A stretch of 64,000 nt of DNA from an uncultured Planctomycetales bacterium. Its GTDB lineage: Bacteria > Omnitrophota > Gorgyraeia > Zapsychrales > JANLHA01. Below the pieces are notes generated by a model. It was not told where the DNA came from and did not search any database. It worked only from the letters and a program-made list of their open reading frames with translations. Shown here in pieces: positions 1 through 12,600 of the stretch; the first letter of the stretch is position 1, and every line of letters starts with the position of its first letter. The stretch covers positions 7,743 to 71,742 of the forward strand of contig CAYJXI010000001.1 of NCBI GenBank assembly GCA_964374105.1, in the 5' to 3' direction. The position numbers and the translations under genes were made by a program.

Positions 1-1
1 T

Positions 2-660
2 GGGAAGGTCGCTGTGGAGACTGCCGTCATCATCGCCGGGCTAATGCTGGTCAACAAACATCTGCACAATAGATATGCTTTACAATTCATTTCGCTCGCC
101 GCCTTGACGCTGGCCATCTCCTTGATCCTGCACGGCGGTAATGTGATAATTCAGTTTGGTCAATTTGGGGATGTGTTGATTTGGAGAGTCCTTTCCGTCT
201 TTACCGGCACATTGATTTCCAGCCTGCTTTATGAGAAAGACAAGACTTTAGGTCAAAAGATTCTCTCCTCAATCCGCTGGACAGCGGCCATCAGCATTTT
301 GAGCGGGTACTACTTGTACTTTACATTTATTCCGTTCATTGGCGAGAGCTTCTCTGTGGAACGTTTCGGGGCAATCGCTTCCTACCTCAAATCGGCCTTC
401 GACCTGACGATCGGAAGTTTATTAACGATTCCGTTACAGGTCGCCTTTGGCGCGGCTTTGGGTGAGAAAAAGAATATTGTGACCCAGTGGGAAGAATTCA
501 AGACAACCGTCATAACGATTTATCCCATCAACTTCCTCTTCTGGTATCCGATGATGGTCATTGGTTGGTCCTTGTTCCCGGATGCATTCATTTTCAAGAA
601 TTATCATGCGGTTTTGGTGACCTTCTGGATGGGCATCCTTTCCCGCATTGTTAAGGTGTC
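2..660 (+). other. Cluster of ~6-7 predicted transmembrane helices
   Basis: Hydrophobic stretches such as VAVETAVIIAGLMLV, LQFISLAALTLAISLIL, VLIWRVLSVFTGTLISSLL, AAISILSGYYLYFTFIPFIG, ITIYPINFLFWYPMMVIGWSLF, AVLVTFWMGIL. Confidence 0.6.
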
Positions 661-3600
661 ATTCGGACAGCTTAATATTCGCGGTTCTTCGGACAGAACA
701 AGGCATTCCCAGCCGGCGCCGTACAAACCGCTGGCAGAGCTTACCGCGGCTTATCGAGGCAAAGTCTTCGAGGGCCGAGCCGTTATTAAGGACAACGATG
801 TTGAGCTCATGATGGTGAAAGGCGTCAAGACCGCCGAACAAGAAAAGGCATTAAAAGACCTTTTTGCAAAGGTCGGGTATCTTTCCAAAGCCCCGCCGGT
901 TGTGGTCACTGCCGATTTCAAGAAGACTCAAGGTTCTATCGCTGCTTATAACGCCAAGACAAAAGTCCTTTACATCCACCTCGCTGTTCTCGACCAGCTC
1001 GCCCGAATCGCCAAGCTTGCCAATAACGAAAAAGAAATTTACCTTTTATTCCTCAAGGCTGTATTTGAGGGGCATGAAGAATTCCATATCCAGGGTGCCA
1101 ACGAAAAAGAGGCCCGTCAACGGACCTTAGAGTACCTTAGAAATTATGCCTTTACCCATGCGTCAGTCCTCAACCCATTCGATGCCACTCTGATTGTCTT
1201 GTCTAATCCGCAAATTTACGGCATCAAAGCTGAAAAGACATTTGCGAAGTCAATGTTGTCCATGGCTGGCCTCAAATCCCTCGAACCGGCTGAGTATATT
1301 AGAGAATTTGTCCAATACCTGTCGTGGTTACGGTTAAAGAAAGGCGGCGATAGTGCGGCTGCGATTCTGGGCAACTGGCTTAACTTTATCGATGAAGATA
1401 AACACAACCGACCGCCGGAAGCCCTAATCCATACCTTAAGACAGATTTTTGGTTTAAGCCAAGAGGTGATCGATAGTCTCATTGACCTATCCAAGGCGCA
1501 GTATCAGTTACCGGTGGTCGAAGGAATTAGCCCGCGCGGTCCGCCGTCTTATGAAGAACAGCTCTTAACAAGAAATATCTACGGTCAGCGAGATTCGAAA
1601 CACATTGAGCTCTATTTATCAAGGATCAAGACAATCAATGTTGCTGAACTTAAAAATTGGCTTACCAAGATGCTAAGGCAAAAGACCAAGGGCCGGGGAA
1701 AAGTCCTTAGCATTGTTATTTACGGCAGTTATCCTTACGGATTCCGCGTCAGTCCTTCTGACCTCGATATCGTTGCGGTCGTGGATGCGCCGTTAGCAAA
1801 AGAGACAAAGGACGCCTTGCCGACAACCTACCGCAACATTCCTCAGAAAATATTTAGTTCTGCTTATGCCCGCGATACTAAACATGCGGACGTGGTCTTT
1901 ATGACACCAGAGACGTTAAAACAGAGCGCCATGATAGGAACAAAGATTGCCCATGTCGGCATTGTCTTGCAGGGAGAAGGGCTCTTCGATATCGATATTC
2001 ATCGGCATTCGCTGGTCAATCGTTTGAGCTGGATTAAGTCCCTGCTAGAAAACGCAAGTTTCATGATCTCAGTGCGAGGTGCCAAGAACAAAAAGGGCGA
2101 GGAGATTAAAGACGAATATTTCTTAAGCAAGGCCATGCGCCGGATCCTTGAGGCCAACCTCCTTATCAAAGATATTGATGTGACTAAGGCTGTGCCGGAA
2201 AAGATTATCGATGAATACGTTGAAAATCTTGCCTATTACTTAGAAGGCGGCCTTGAGACCGAGGCCATGAGAAATCTGCTTCTAGGATTACAGGAAAGGA
2301 TAAGGGAAGCTTATCAGCAAGCGAGGATCACGGTCCTTAAGATCATTCTGGCGAACAAAGAGCGTCAGGAAAAACCAAAGGCGTCGTCCGCAAAACAAAC
2401 GACCAAGATAGTCTGGGATTATGAATTTAGAGGACAGATTACCCGGGATGATTTAGAGGATCAAAGCTATGCCTTCCGGAGAAGCGGGGCCGTTGATATT
2501 AAACTTGAGCGAATTACCCACGAGATCTTCTCAAGATTCAGAGAATTAGGTTTTGAATCTATTTACCTTAAAGAAACTACTTTTGAAGATAAGAGACCCA
2601 CTCTTATTATGGGCAATCATTGGTACGGCGTTTTAGAGTTTATATACCGGGAATTGAGAAAGAATATCGCTCATGCCTTTGCCAAAAAGGCGGAAAGTAT
2701 AGTGTTGCGTGTAGCCGTAAGAAGTATTAAGACACAGGATGAACAAGGACTTGAATTCGTTTTCGAAGACAATGGTGTGGGTTACAAACTGGATGAATCG
2801 ATCTTTAAGAAGAGCAAACGTCTAGGCAGGGGCTTTGGCCTGTTCTTAAGCAAATCTCTGATTTTAGCCAATGATATGGGTTCCTTCACCATCGAATCCC
2901 GCGGGAAGAGATATACGTTTGATTCAAGAAGGCCTGCTGAAACAGTTGAGGGAGATCTCACCGAAAGTGATTTTGTCAGCGGGATGCGGTTTACGCTGCG
3001 TCTCGTTAAACGCACCCTTCATGAACAAAAGGTGACTGTCCGTCTTCGTCCCGCAGACATTATGCGGGACTCCGCCGGACTATCCGCCGAAGCTAAAGAA
3101 GAAAGTCCTTTAGCGAAGGCGGATGTCGCCAATCCCGCCCGGGTGTCTTGGGAGAATATCCGCGCTGAATTAGAGACGCTTCATCCGGGAATCGCGGGGG
3201 TGAAGGAAGGGTATTTTGCCAGACTCTACCAGACCTTAAAAGAAACCTTGGCCTCGCTGGCTCAAAAGATCGATCAAGGAATCATTCATCCCGATCTCCT
3301 CATAAATACATCGGTCGGCGCAACCGAAAAGACCAAGATCACCGACCGACCCATCCGCGTCTTATTGCAGGGCTTCTCGGCCAATCCGATTCACTTAAGC
3401 CACATCGCCTTTGTCCTGATGGCCATGAATGCGCTTAACGCTGATTTAGCCGTGTATCTGGTGCATGGCGAGATCAAACACAAGACCTTGAAGGAAGATG
3501 AAATCGTTTTGGTTTCTGACCGCCACCAGATGGTTAAGGATTCAATTGAGGATATTCCCCTCATTCATTACACGGATGTTGGCTTAGATAACGCCGATGT

Positions 3601-6600
3601 CAGCGAATACAACATTCATCGATTACTGAACCTCAATCCGGATCAGAGAATTGAACTCATTGTCCTCTACAGCAGTGAAACAAAGACAAGGGCAGAATTC
3701 ATTGTAAGAAGCCTCTTAGAAGGGGCAAGACAATATAACTTTGGTGTCAATCCCCATCACCAGATTCATTTGGCGATGGTGCCGGTGGGGACATTTGGTA
3801 AAGAGGAGTTGACTGACGAGGTGCTGGCGAAGATGGTTGAAAAAGAATCCCTCCCCACCGATACATTCAAGATCACCTCATCTGTCATTCTCAAAGATTA
3901 TGCCCTCGAGGCCCATTCGGTTCAATATCGTCAGGGCAATCGTATGTTGGTCAGAAAAGTCGTGGATGATTTTGCCAAGGCCAAAGGCTATTACGGTTAT
4001 CCCAAAGAACGAAATGACAAGTCACAAGTTAACGGTACGATTCAACCGGAAAATCTGTCTGACGGACAGACAGGCCTTCCTTATCCCGCCATCCTTCCAA
4101 CAAGCAATGAACCTGATAGATCACCAATAAAAGAAGAATTAGAAACAATCCTCCCTGCCCTTGGCGGGCAAAAGGCCTTGGCCAAAAAGGGCCTAAGGAT
4201 GACAGATGATAATATCGTGATCAGCCCATCCTTAGCCGCACCGGCGGAGGTCAAGAACCGCATCCTCTTTGTCAATCCCAACATCCTGCGCGGCCCGCCG
4301 GTAGAGTTAAGAATTATCTTCGAAGGCCACGAACTCTTCCATCTCTTGGGCCATGACGAACAAGAAGCCCGCCGCCTGACCATTCGCTATCTTAAAGTTC
4401 ATAAACTTTTAGTTAGCCATATTGGATTCTTGGAGAACAACCGATTAGGCTTGATTGCCGACAAGGCATGGATTGACATATTGAAACAAACAGCGCAAAA
4501 GTCGATCGCCGTCATTCAAACGAATAGGCACGTCTCTGCCATTTATAACCGTTTCTTCGCCTCATTCCTAGAGTCGCCTTTTGCTCTCATTGTCGGACTT
4601 GTTTCCGGCCTTGTCATTCCCTATGGCATGACGTTCACTATGAGAAGGGTGTTTAGCAGTAAAAACGTATTTATGTGGGTTGCCGAGGGATTGGCTATTT
4701 TGACGTTTATTGCCTTGAATCTTTTCATCGTGTATTTGGTTAGTGCCAGCCTCTTTGATTTCATTCAAAACAAATTGCATAAGAAAATCTACAGCAAATA
4801 CGAGTCGAAATTCGATTTGGTAAGGGAGGGAATCACTTTGATGGCCTTGACCAGTGGCCTGTTGTTGACCATTGAGATTTTATACGGTGTACCTTTCTGG
4901 TTCTTAATTCTCACGGGTGTTTGGGGAATCCCGGTACTCATCTGGCAGCACCGCCGCGTTCTCTTGGAAATTATCAAGCAGGAAACGCCTCTAAGTCCGG
5001 TTCCTGCCCGCAGTCAAATCAAAGGCTTTGATTTAATTGAGCTTGTCATCGAAGATTTGCAAAACAAGAGAATCAGCGAAGAAGGGGCGGTGGAAGAACT
5101 GATGAGGATTGGCAGGGAGTTTGGCAAAGATGATCAAACCGTATGGGGTATGATTTCCATCCTGATGTTCGACCGTGGTTATCAGGTTGACTCGGAGTCG
5201 GTGCATTTGGCGGCGGTCAAGATTTTGGCCGGTCGCTTAACACCCGTGGCTAAAGAGGAAAGACAAGAGACGTTGATCATCCGCGGGCTCATCTCCGGAT
5301 ATCTCTTGAGTCCTTACATCAGCGTTCCTATGGCCATTGCCATGGCCTTAAATGCGATTCAAGACGATGAACTCATTAAGCAGGCGGTCAGGGAGGAGAA
5401 CGAAATCAAGAATATCGCTCGTCCCCCGCAGCATCGCTGGTTGATAAAGTTGAAAGAGAAGTTGATTCAGATTATCGATACCGGGTCGCAAGGGGTGAGG
5501 ACTTCCTTTGAATTATCCCAGGCCGTTCGGCTATTGGGATTAGTCGGTGAGCTTTTACGGTCAGTGAATTTGGCTGAGCCAGCGGGCGAGGTTCTATTAC
5601 AGCTAAAAGAATACCGCACCACAACGGCTGTCCGTTTAGGAAACGATTTTACGCAGAGCTTAGAACGGGAAATTCAAAAGTTGTCTGCTGAAAATTCACA
5701 AAAGAGGGAAGAGGCAGGCGACACCTATCCCGCCACCATGCCGGTAAGCAATGAACCTGATCGGGCGCCGACTCAGAAAGAGTTCGAACAGATTATTGCC
5801 TCGCTGGGCGGGCAAAAGGCCTTGGTCGAGAAGGGCATTACGATGGTTGTCAGCCATATCGTGATCAGCCCCTCCTTAGCCGCGCCGGCCGAGGTCAAGA
5901 ACGGCATCCTCTTTGTCAACCTCAACATCCTGCGCGGCCCGCCGTCCCAGAATCAAAAATCAAAAGAAGAATATGAGAAACAACTTAAAGTCATCTTCGA
6001 AGGCCACGAACTCTTCCATCTCTTAGGTCACAATGAAGCAGAAGCCCGCGACCTCACCGTTCAGTATCTTTTGACCCATTATCGGTTAACAGAGCATATC
6101 GAATTCCTAAAGAACAATAACCTTGGTTTGGTAGCCGAACAATCCTGGTTGTCTTTATTAGAGAAGGCCGTTTCTTATCCGAACCGCTCATTTGTCAACA
6201 AACTTATTGTTGTCTTAGTGTGGAGCTTACTGGGAGCAGGATTAATTGTGGGAGTTTACTTAACTGGTTATCTGAATTGGTACATTGCCTTGAAGCAATC
6301 TTTATTAGGGAAGACATTGTTGAGTTTACCTGTGGCTGGTTTGGATATATTAACCGGGGCTATCATCTGGGGAGTTGCTGATATCATCGGTCAATACTTA
6401 GCCAAACAAACATCCCGTATTGATTGGAGACAGACAGCCTTAGTGGCAGTGTTTGGTATTCTGGGTGGACTCGGAACACATATTCTGCTCAATATTCCTG
6501 ACGCCTTGTTGCCTGTCTTACAAAACAAATTACTTAATCAAATCTTCCGTGCCTTCGTGGTTCTTGTGGGTGGTTTGGCCTTAACGCTTGTGTTTACGAA

Positions 6601-9600
6601 GGCGGAATCACTCGCGCGAAAGCTCTTCCATATCGAAACCTTTCAAGTGAGAACAGAGAGGCTTAAGACAGCGGATGTGTTGTTTGTGAAACTGCTTTTG
6701 GCTCCATTAAAAACATTTGTGGTGATCAATCTCCTGCCTGTTGCCGCAAGAGTTATTGCCGAACAACTCTGGGATTACTTTATGACAATGTTTTCCGCTT
6801 ATTTTATGAATCGTGATCGGTCAATACTCTTAGAACCAATTAACAAATTTATTCAATCATTTTTGAAGGAAAGAAATGAATCCAAAGGAAATCAACCCGC
6901 ACCTTACCTGCCTACCAAGGAACAAAAGGCCAAATACGAAGGCAGGGTTTATTCCGGCAAAGTGGTTGTTGAGGGTAAGGAAGTTAAAATTGTCAAACAA
7001 ACCGGCGTTCGACTCAATGTCCAACAGAAGAAGGCCTTGAAGGATCTCTACGCGGTTGTTCCTTACTTAGCCCAGGCACCGCCGGTGGTCGTGACCTCGG
7101 ATTTTGGTAAGACCGAAGGGTCGATTACCGCTTACAATCCTGCCGAAGGCATTCTCTACATTCACCTCTTTGTGCTCGATAAACTCGTTGAATTCGCCAA
7201 AGGTGACAGTCACCAAAAGGTGACAGTCACCTTTGTAAACTTCCTCAGAGGCGTCATCGAAGGTCATGAACGATTCCATGTTGAGGGTGCCAACGAAGCA
7301 GATGCCCGCCTAAAAACGATTGAATATCTTCAGGGGAATTTGGAAGTCTTACAGGCGACTAGGCAAATCCTTTCCTATCCAGATATCTTTGGAATCACAG
7401 CCGAGTCCCAGTTCGCTAAAATCCTCAATCAAGAAAAAGAATTCTTCAACGTAACAAGAAAAGAAGATGTTGAAACACAACCAACAGAATCTGGCCTTCA
7501 AGAGGAAGACTTAAGATCCCTTGATCAAATCACTGGCTTACGAGTTCGGATAGCGCATACGGTGACACCTTACGCGGCCAAATATCGTCAAGAATCCATG
7601 GAGCAGAGAAGGCGTCTCACCGGCCAGATGACCTATGATGAATTATTCTTCAACAAGATCTTACCCAGATTTATTGAACGCTATATCCGATACATCTCCT
7701 CTGATCAGCCGCAAGGCCTCATTGATATGCTTCTTATTTCCGGTGAGGGTGGTGGTGGCAAGTCTAGTATTACCGAAGAATTTGTCAGCAAGACAGGGGA
7801 GGTCATAGAGGACTTAAGTCTCAAACTTGGCAAGCCGTTAAGACAGATTATCCTTGCGATTATTTTTGATGATTATATTTTGCAAAAGAGCGACCGTGTG
7901 ATTGATCCCAAGACCCGAAAGACTACAGAGAATCCGCTTTTGAAATTCCAAGTTGAACGCTTTGTCAGTGATATGAAGAAGCTCCTGGAAGGCAAGACGA
8001 TCTATAAACCAATCTTTGATTCATTGACAAGGGGTCGAATCAAGATCGGGCTTGACAAAAATGATCGTCTGGCGGTTATTGCCGGTGGCCATTCAGTTCC
8101 CATTGAGATGGATGCGGCATCCGGCCAACCCTTTATCGTAGTGGAAAAATTGAAAGTCTCAGAGTTTACTTTGGGTAAAACAGCGATTTCTGTGTCGGCC
8201 AACCCAGCCGGCGGAATCCTCCTTAAGATAAGAAATACAGCTCATCACCTGACAAGAGATAAAGATCAAAATTGGGTCTTACACGTTCCGCAGAAAGGTG
8301 AGGTTGCGGTCTCTGATCAACCCATCGAGGCTTGGGAAGAGATCAATCCCAATGGCAAGATTATTATCGTGGAAGGGATATTGACCTTGTTTGATGAGAA
8401 TTTAGCGAAAGATGAAAGGGTGATCTCGATGTTTGTGGATGCCCATTTTGAGGCCAGGCTCCTCAGGATGCTGATTCGCTTCCAGGCTGAGGCTGCGGCG
8501 CGTGGGGAATCGGCCGCGGAATTTGAAGCAAGACGGAGATTGCTCAGATTGGAGGAAGAGGTTCCTTATATTTTACCGACCCGCCAAAACGCCCAATACA
8601 TTGTCACAAGCTTAAGCCGTTCTGAGATGATTTATGTTCTCTACTTACGGGGGAGATTGTTTAGTTCTCTTAAAGAGGTAAGAAGAACGATAACAGAACT
8701 GAAGATCAATCCGGTTGAATTGATCCGCCGTTTGAATAGGATTCCTAGAATAGTCATCATGGAAAGATTAGCCGGGACCAATAATATTATTCATCACATC
8801 CAAGGGACTTCCTTTGTGACCTTCTATGGCGAGGAATCCGGCCAGATTGTTTACAAGGCACCTCGGGAGAACTTTAAGAATTACTTTGAAACGAAGTTTA
8901 TTGAGTTTTATCGAACGGTCTTAAAGAAACGGCTGGGAGGCCTCATGGTGCCGAGTGGACTATTCAATCTTAAGACAATGGGATTAGAAATTTATCGCAG
9001 TATTGACAAGAGGCTGGTTCGATTGAGTAAGGTCCTTATCCAGAATCGAGTTGAAACATTAAAGGAGAGATTGAATAAACTGATTAAAGAAGGAGAAATC
9101 GAGAAGGCTAAGAGATGGATTGATCAATACTTTGAGATCCAAAAAGCCCTTTGGAGTGTTGGAGTCATCGATATGGATCCTAAGATGCTTGAGAAGTATG
9201 GGATTATGGTCATGGAGGATGGGCGAGAAAAGGTGGTTGTTATTGGCATTGATCGATTGTTTGCTACTCAAGAACGATTCGAGCGGGCCGTTTATCTCAA
9301 AGAGGGAGTCCGACCAAGTCAACAGGATCTTCCGAAAGAATTCGTGGATTATTACGATCAAAAGGTCGATGAGGAGATCCCTGATTTTGAGGGATTCCTC
9401 AAGATTTTTGGAAGCAGGATCCCTGAAGCCCACGGGGTGGCTAACATCGCTGATACAGAGATTCGTAGAAAACAAATGGAAACAATCGTCAAAGAAGTCA
9501 TAACCGCCACGATGTTCAGACTGGGTCAATTCTTAAACCAGATGATGAGAGAAAACAAGGAGGTTGTTGATTTTCCGTTTATCTATTGGCTGGCCCTTTA

Positions 9601-12600
9601 TCGCGAAACCATTCATACTTACGCGACTTTGCAGTACACATTGGTTGACCATGTCTATCAGCGGGTTATCAATGATCAAGAGGTTTACCGAAGATTGAGG
9701 GACCTCAGCCAAAAGAAAGATCGATTTGAGGACTTTAATCAAGAGATCATTAAACTCGTTCATGAGGTGGTCAAGGAACTGAAATTAGGGATCACAAAGC
9801 GTGAGATTTACAATATCGCGGAAGATCTCTTCAGCTACGAAACGTATATGAGAAGAGAAAAAGGCCGCACTGATTCTGGAGCGAACCCCGCCCCATTTGA
9901 ACCAACACAAGACGAGAAGTCTAGGTATGAACCTTTAAGATTTTCCATGAAAGTCATTGATGGGGAAAAAGGCGAGGTCTCAGTTATAGAAGACGTTGTC
10001 CGATATTGGACACAAAAACATGCGGATGTCTTAAAAGACCTTTATGAACGAGTCGCTTATCTCGCCTTGGCTCCACCGGTTATTATTACCTCTGACTTTG
10101 ATAAGACAAGAGGTTCAATTGCCGCCTATAATTCCGCCGAAGGTGTCCTCTATATTCATCTTTTTGTCTTCGATAAGCTGGTTTCCATTAAGCATCTCAA
10201 CCTTATCGGTCGGTTTGGTCAACTCAATCATGAATATAAATCCGCCTTCTTAATGTTTTTAAAAGGAGTTATTGAAGGCCACGAGCGGTTCCATATCGAG
10301 GGCATTTTAGACGAAGGGTTAACCCGGCAAAAGACCATTCAATATCTCAGTCAATGGGAACATCGAGAGGTTCTTTTGGCCACTCGTCAAATTTTAATGG
10401 CTAAGAATATCTTTGGTGTTGAGACACAGGAAGATTTCTTTGTTACTATTCATGAGCTGGATGATTTCAGCCTTACCCGTCTGACGATTTTCGATAGTAC
10501 TCTAAGCGACTCCATCCACTGGGATTTCAGTCTGGAACTCCTGGCACAGAGAGAAGGCATCCCGGTTACCCATCTTAAGCAGAGGCTTAATGGCAAGACC
10601 ATAATGCTGGTTGGTATTAATAGTAACAGCATGATTGTTAACTTGGCGCGTCTATTGCCAGCGAGCTCAATCATTGTTGTCAACCCCGACAGCTCAATTA
10701 TTTCTGGTGAGGTCGCAAACGTCCGGTATATTCATGATGGCGTTGAAAACATCGCCCGGTACTCAGTTAACGGGGTTGATCTCATCTTCTCCTCCGGGCT
10801 CTTTAATGAGGATTATCCCGGGATCAAGCCGCAGCAATATCCGGCCTTTGCAAAGGCTATGAAGGAAAGTCTTGCTGCTAAGGGACTCATGCTCATTGGC
10901 ACTGGTCTTACGGGTAATGAAGTATTTGAGAAAGTTTTACGGACAGAAGATTTATTCGTAGAAAAATTATCTGAGATAGGAAGCTGGATATATCTGGTTA
11001 CAAAGCAAGATACAAGTGACAGTCACTCCCGCCAAGGCGGGATGACTGTCCTGCCTGCCGGCAGGCAGGTCACTTCTGGAACTCGAGTGGCATTTAAATT
11101 TATTAAAGGGCTGTTGCAGGCTTCGCTTGCTGTCATGCATGTTTTGGGGCAAGCGGTTCAACCAATGCGTCACCTACCGTGGCTGGTGAGGCGCATTGTC
11201 AAGAGTTATTCTGTAACAGCCCTTCCATCTATATTTAAGTTCTTAGCCAAGATGGCGGGTGTATTAGCCATACAAATAGTTGGCATGGGCGGCGGGAATA
11301 TCGGGGTGGTTTTGGTTATTACCACGCTGACATTCATTGTGCTTTGGGGAGGCTATAAAATTTCCAAGAATGTTAAACAATTCGTTGATCAGGAACGCCA
11401 ATACTTAACCAGACTCAAAGAATTGGCTGAAAGACTGAAAGAAATTGGTCAACGGATTCCTGAACTGGAAGAAAAAGCCAAGCGATTGTCCCCGGAAGCC
11501 CGAGATGCGGTGAAACAAGGACAGGAGAAAGTCTTAGCGGCCGTTGCCGGCGATCATTTTGAAGAGGCGTATGAGCTTCTTGAGCATTTATGGCAGACAA
11601 TCGAAGGTTATATGAACAATCTCATCGGCATTCCGGATGAATTGAAATATTTATTAAAGGAGCAGGAAGCGATTAACCAAAAAGGCAAGGCTATTGAGAA
11701 ACAACTTGTTTCCTTACGTAGCAGGGTTTCACGGTTCGTTGAATTCCTCTCTAGTCGCCTCCATAAACAACTGCGCCAGGAAGAGTCTGACCTTATTGTC
11801 AGCTGTTGTTATGCAACACTAACTTTTGATTTCGCGGTCCATGAAGCGGAATATCAAGCCGAAAGTACTTTGCGTGATATGACCTATGTTTTGAATTATC
11901 TTATCAGCGAATACACCCATGTCTTGAGAGAGAAAATGGAAGAAAGGAATGAGGTCGCTGTACTTTCCCCTGAGCAGATTGCACTCTATCACGAGCAGTA
12001 TATCGAGAAAAATATAAGACCAAAGATTGCCAGAGAAATCACGAGAGAAAAAATCAGTCCACAGAAGATTGACCAGCTTTTGGCCTATTTGAATGAATCG
12101 GCCGATCATATGGTCGAGGTTATGCCTCGAGGGGCGCCGGAAGAGGTACTTAAGAAAGCCAAAGAATTAAAGGCCAAGAGGAGCGCCATAGACAATTACA
12201 CATTAGAGGAAATTGCCCGAAGATTCGATTTCTGTAAGGCCTGCGCCCCCAATCAGGTTTATGGAAGGATCATCGCGGCGTCAGAACGGGTGGGTCAGTT
12301 TGAGAGAATTGTTCGCTTCAACCAGAGACTCTATGACTTAAGCGAAAAGATTGAATATATCGGCACAAAGGTCGGTGTTGATGTAAACCTTAAGCGTGGT
12401 TTTTCCAATCTTGAGCATACCTTCGGTTTGACGTCACCCCTGGAAGGCCTGGCCCGAGAAATTCTTTCCATAGATGATATTAAGCGCTGGAGGATTGTCA
12501 GAGACAGCGAACTGGCCAAGAAACGTTTTGGCGGGGAATTTTTAAGTCAAGTCAACGAGGCTTTGTTTAAGTTAATTGTCCATGACATCTTTGCCGAATC

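Noticed and set aside
864-1130. Short + strand ORFs in phase 3 (864-1130, 3837-4130, 9120-9503, 10044-10253, 10635-10862, 51561-51776, 52038-52346, 57306-57542)
   Set aside because: Each overlaps phase-2 sequence with clear motifs, for example the HExxH modules. Their translations are S/P/L-rich out-of-frame products.
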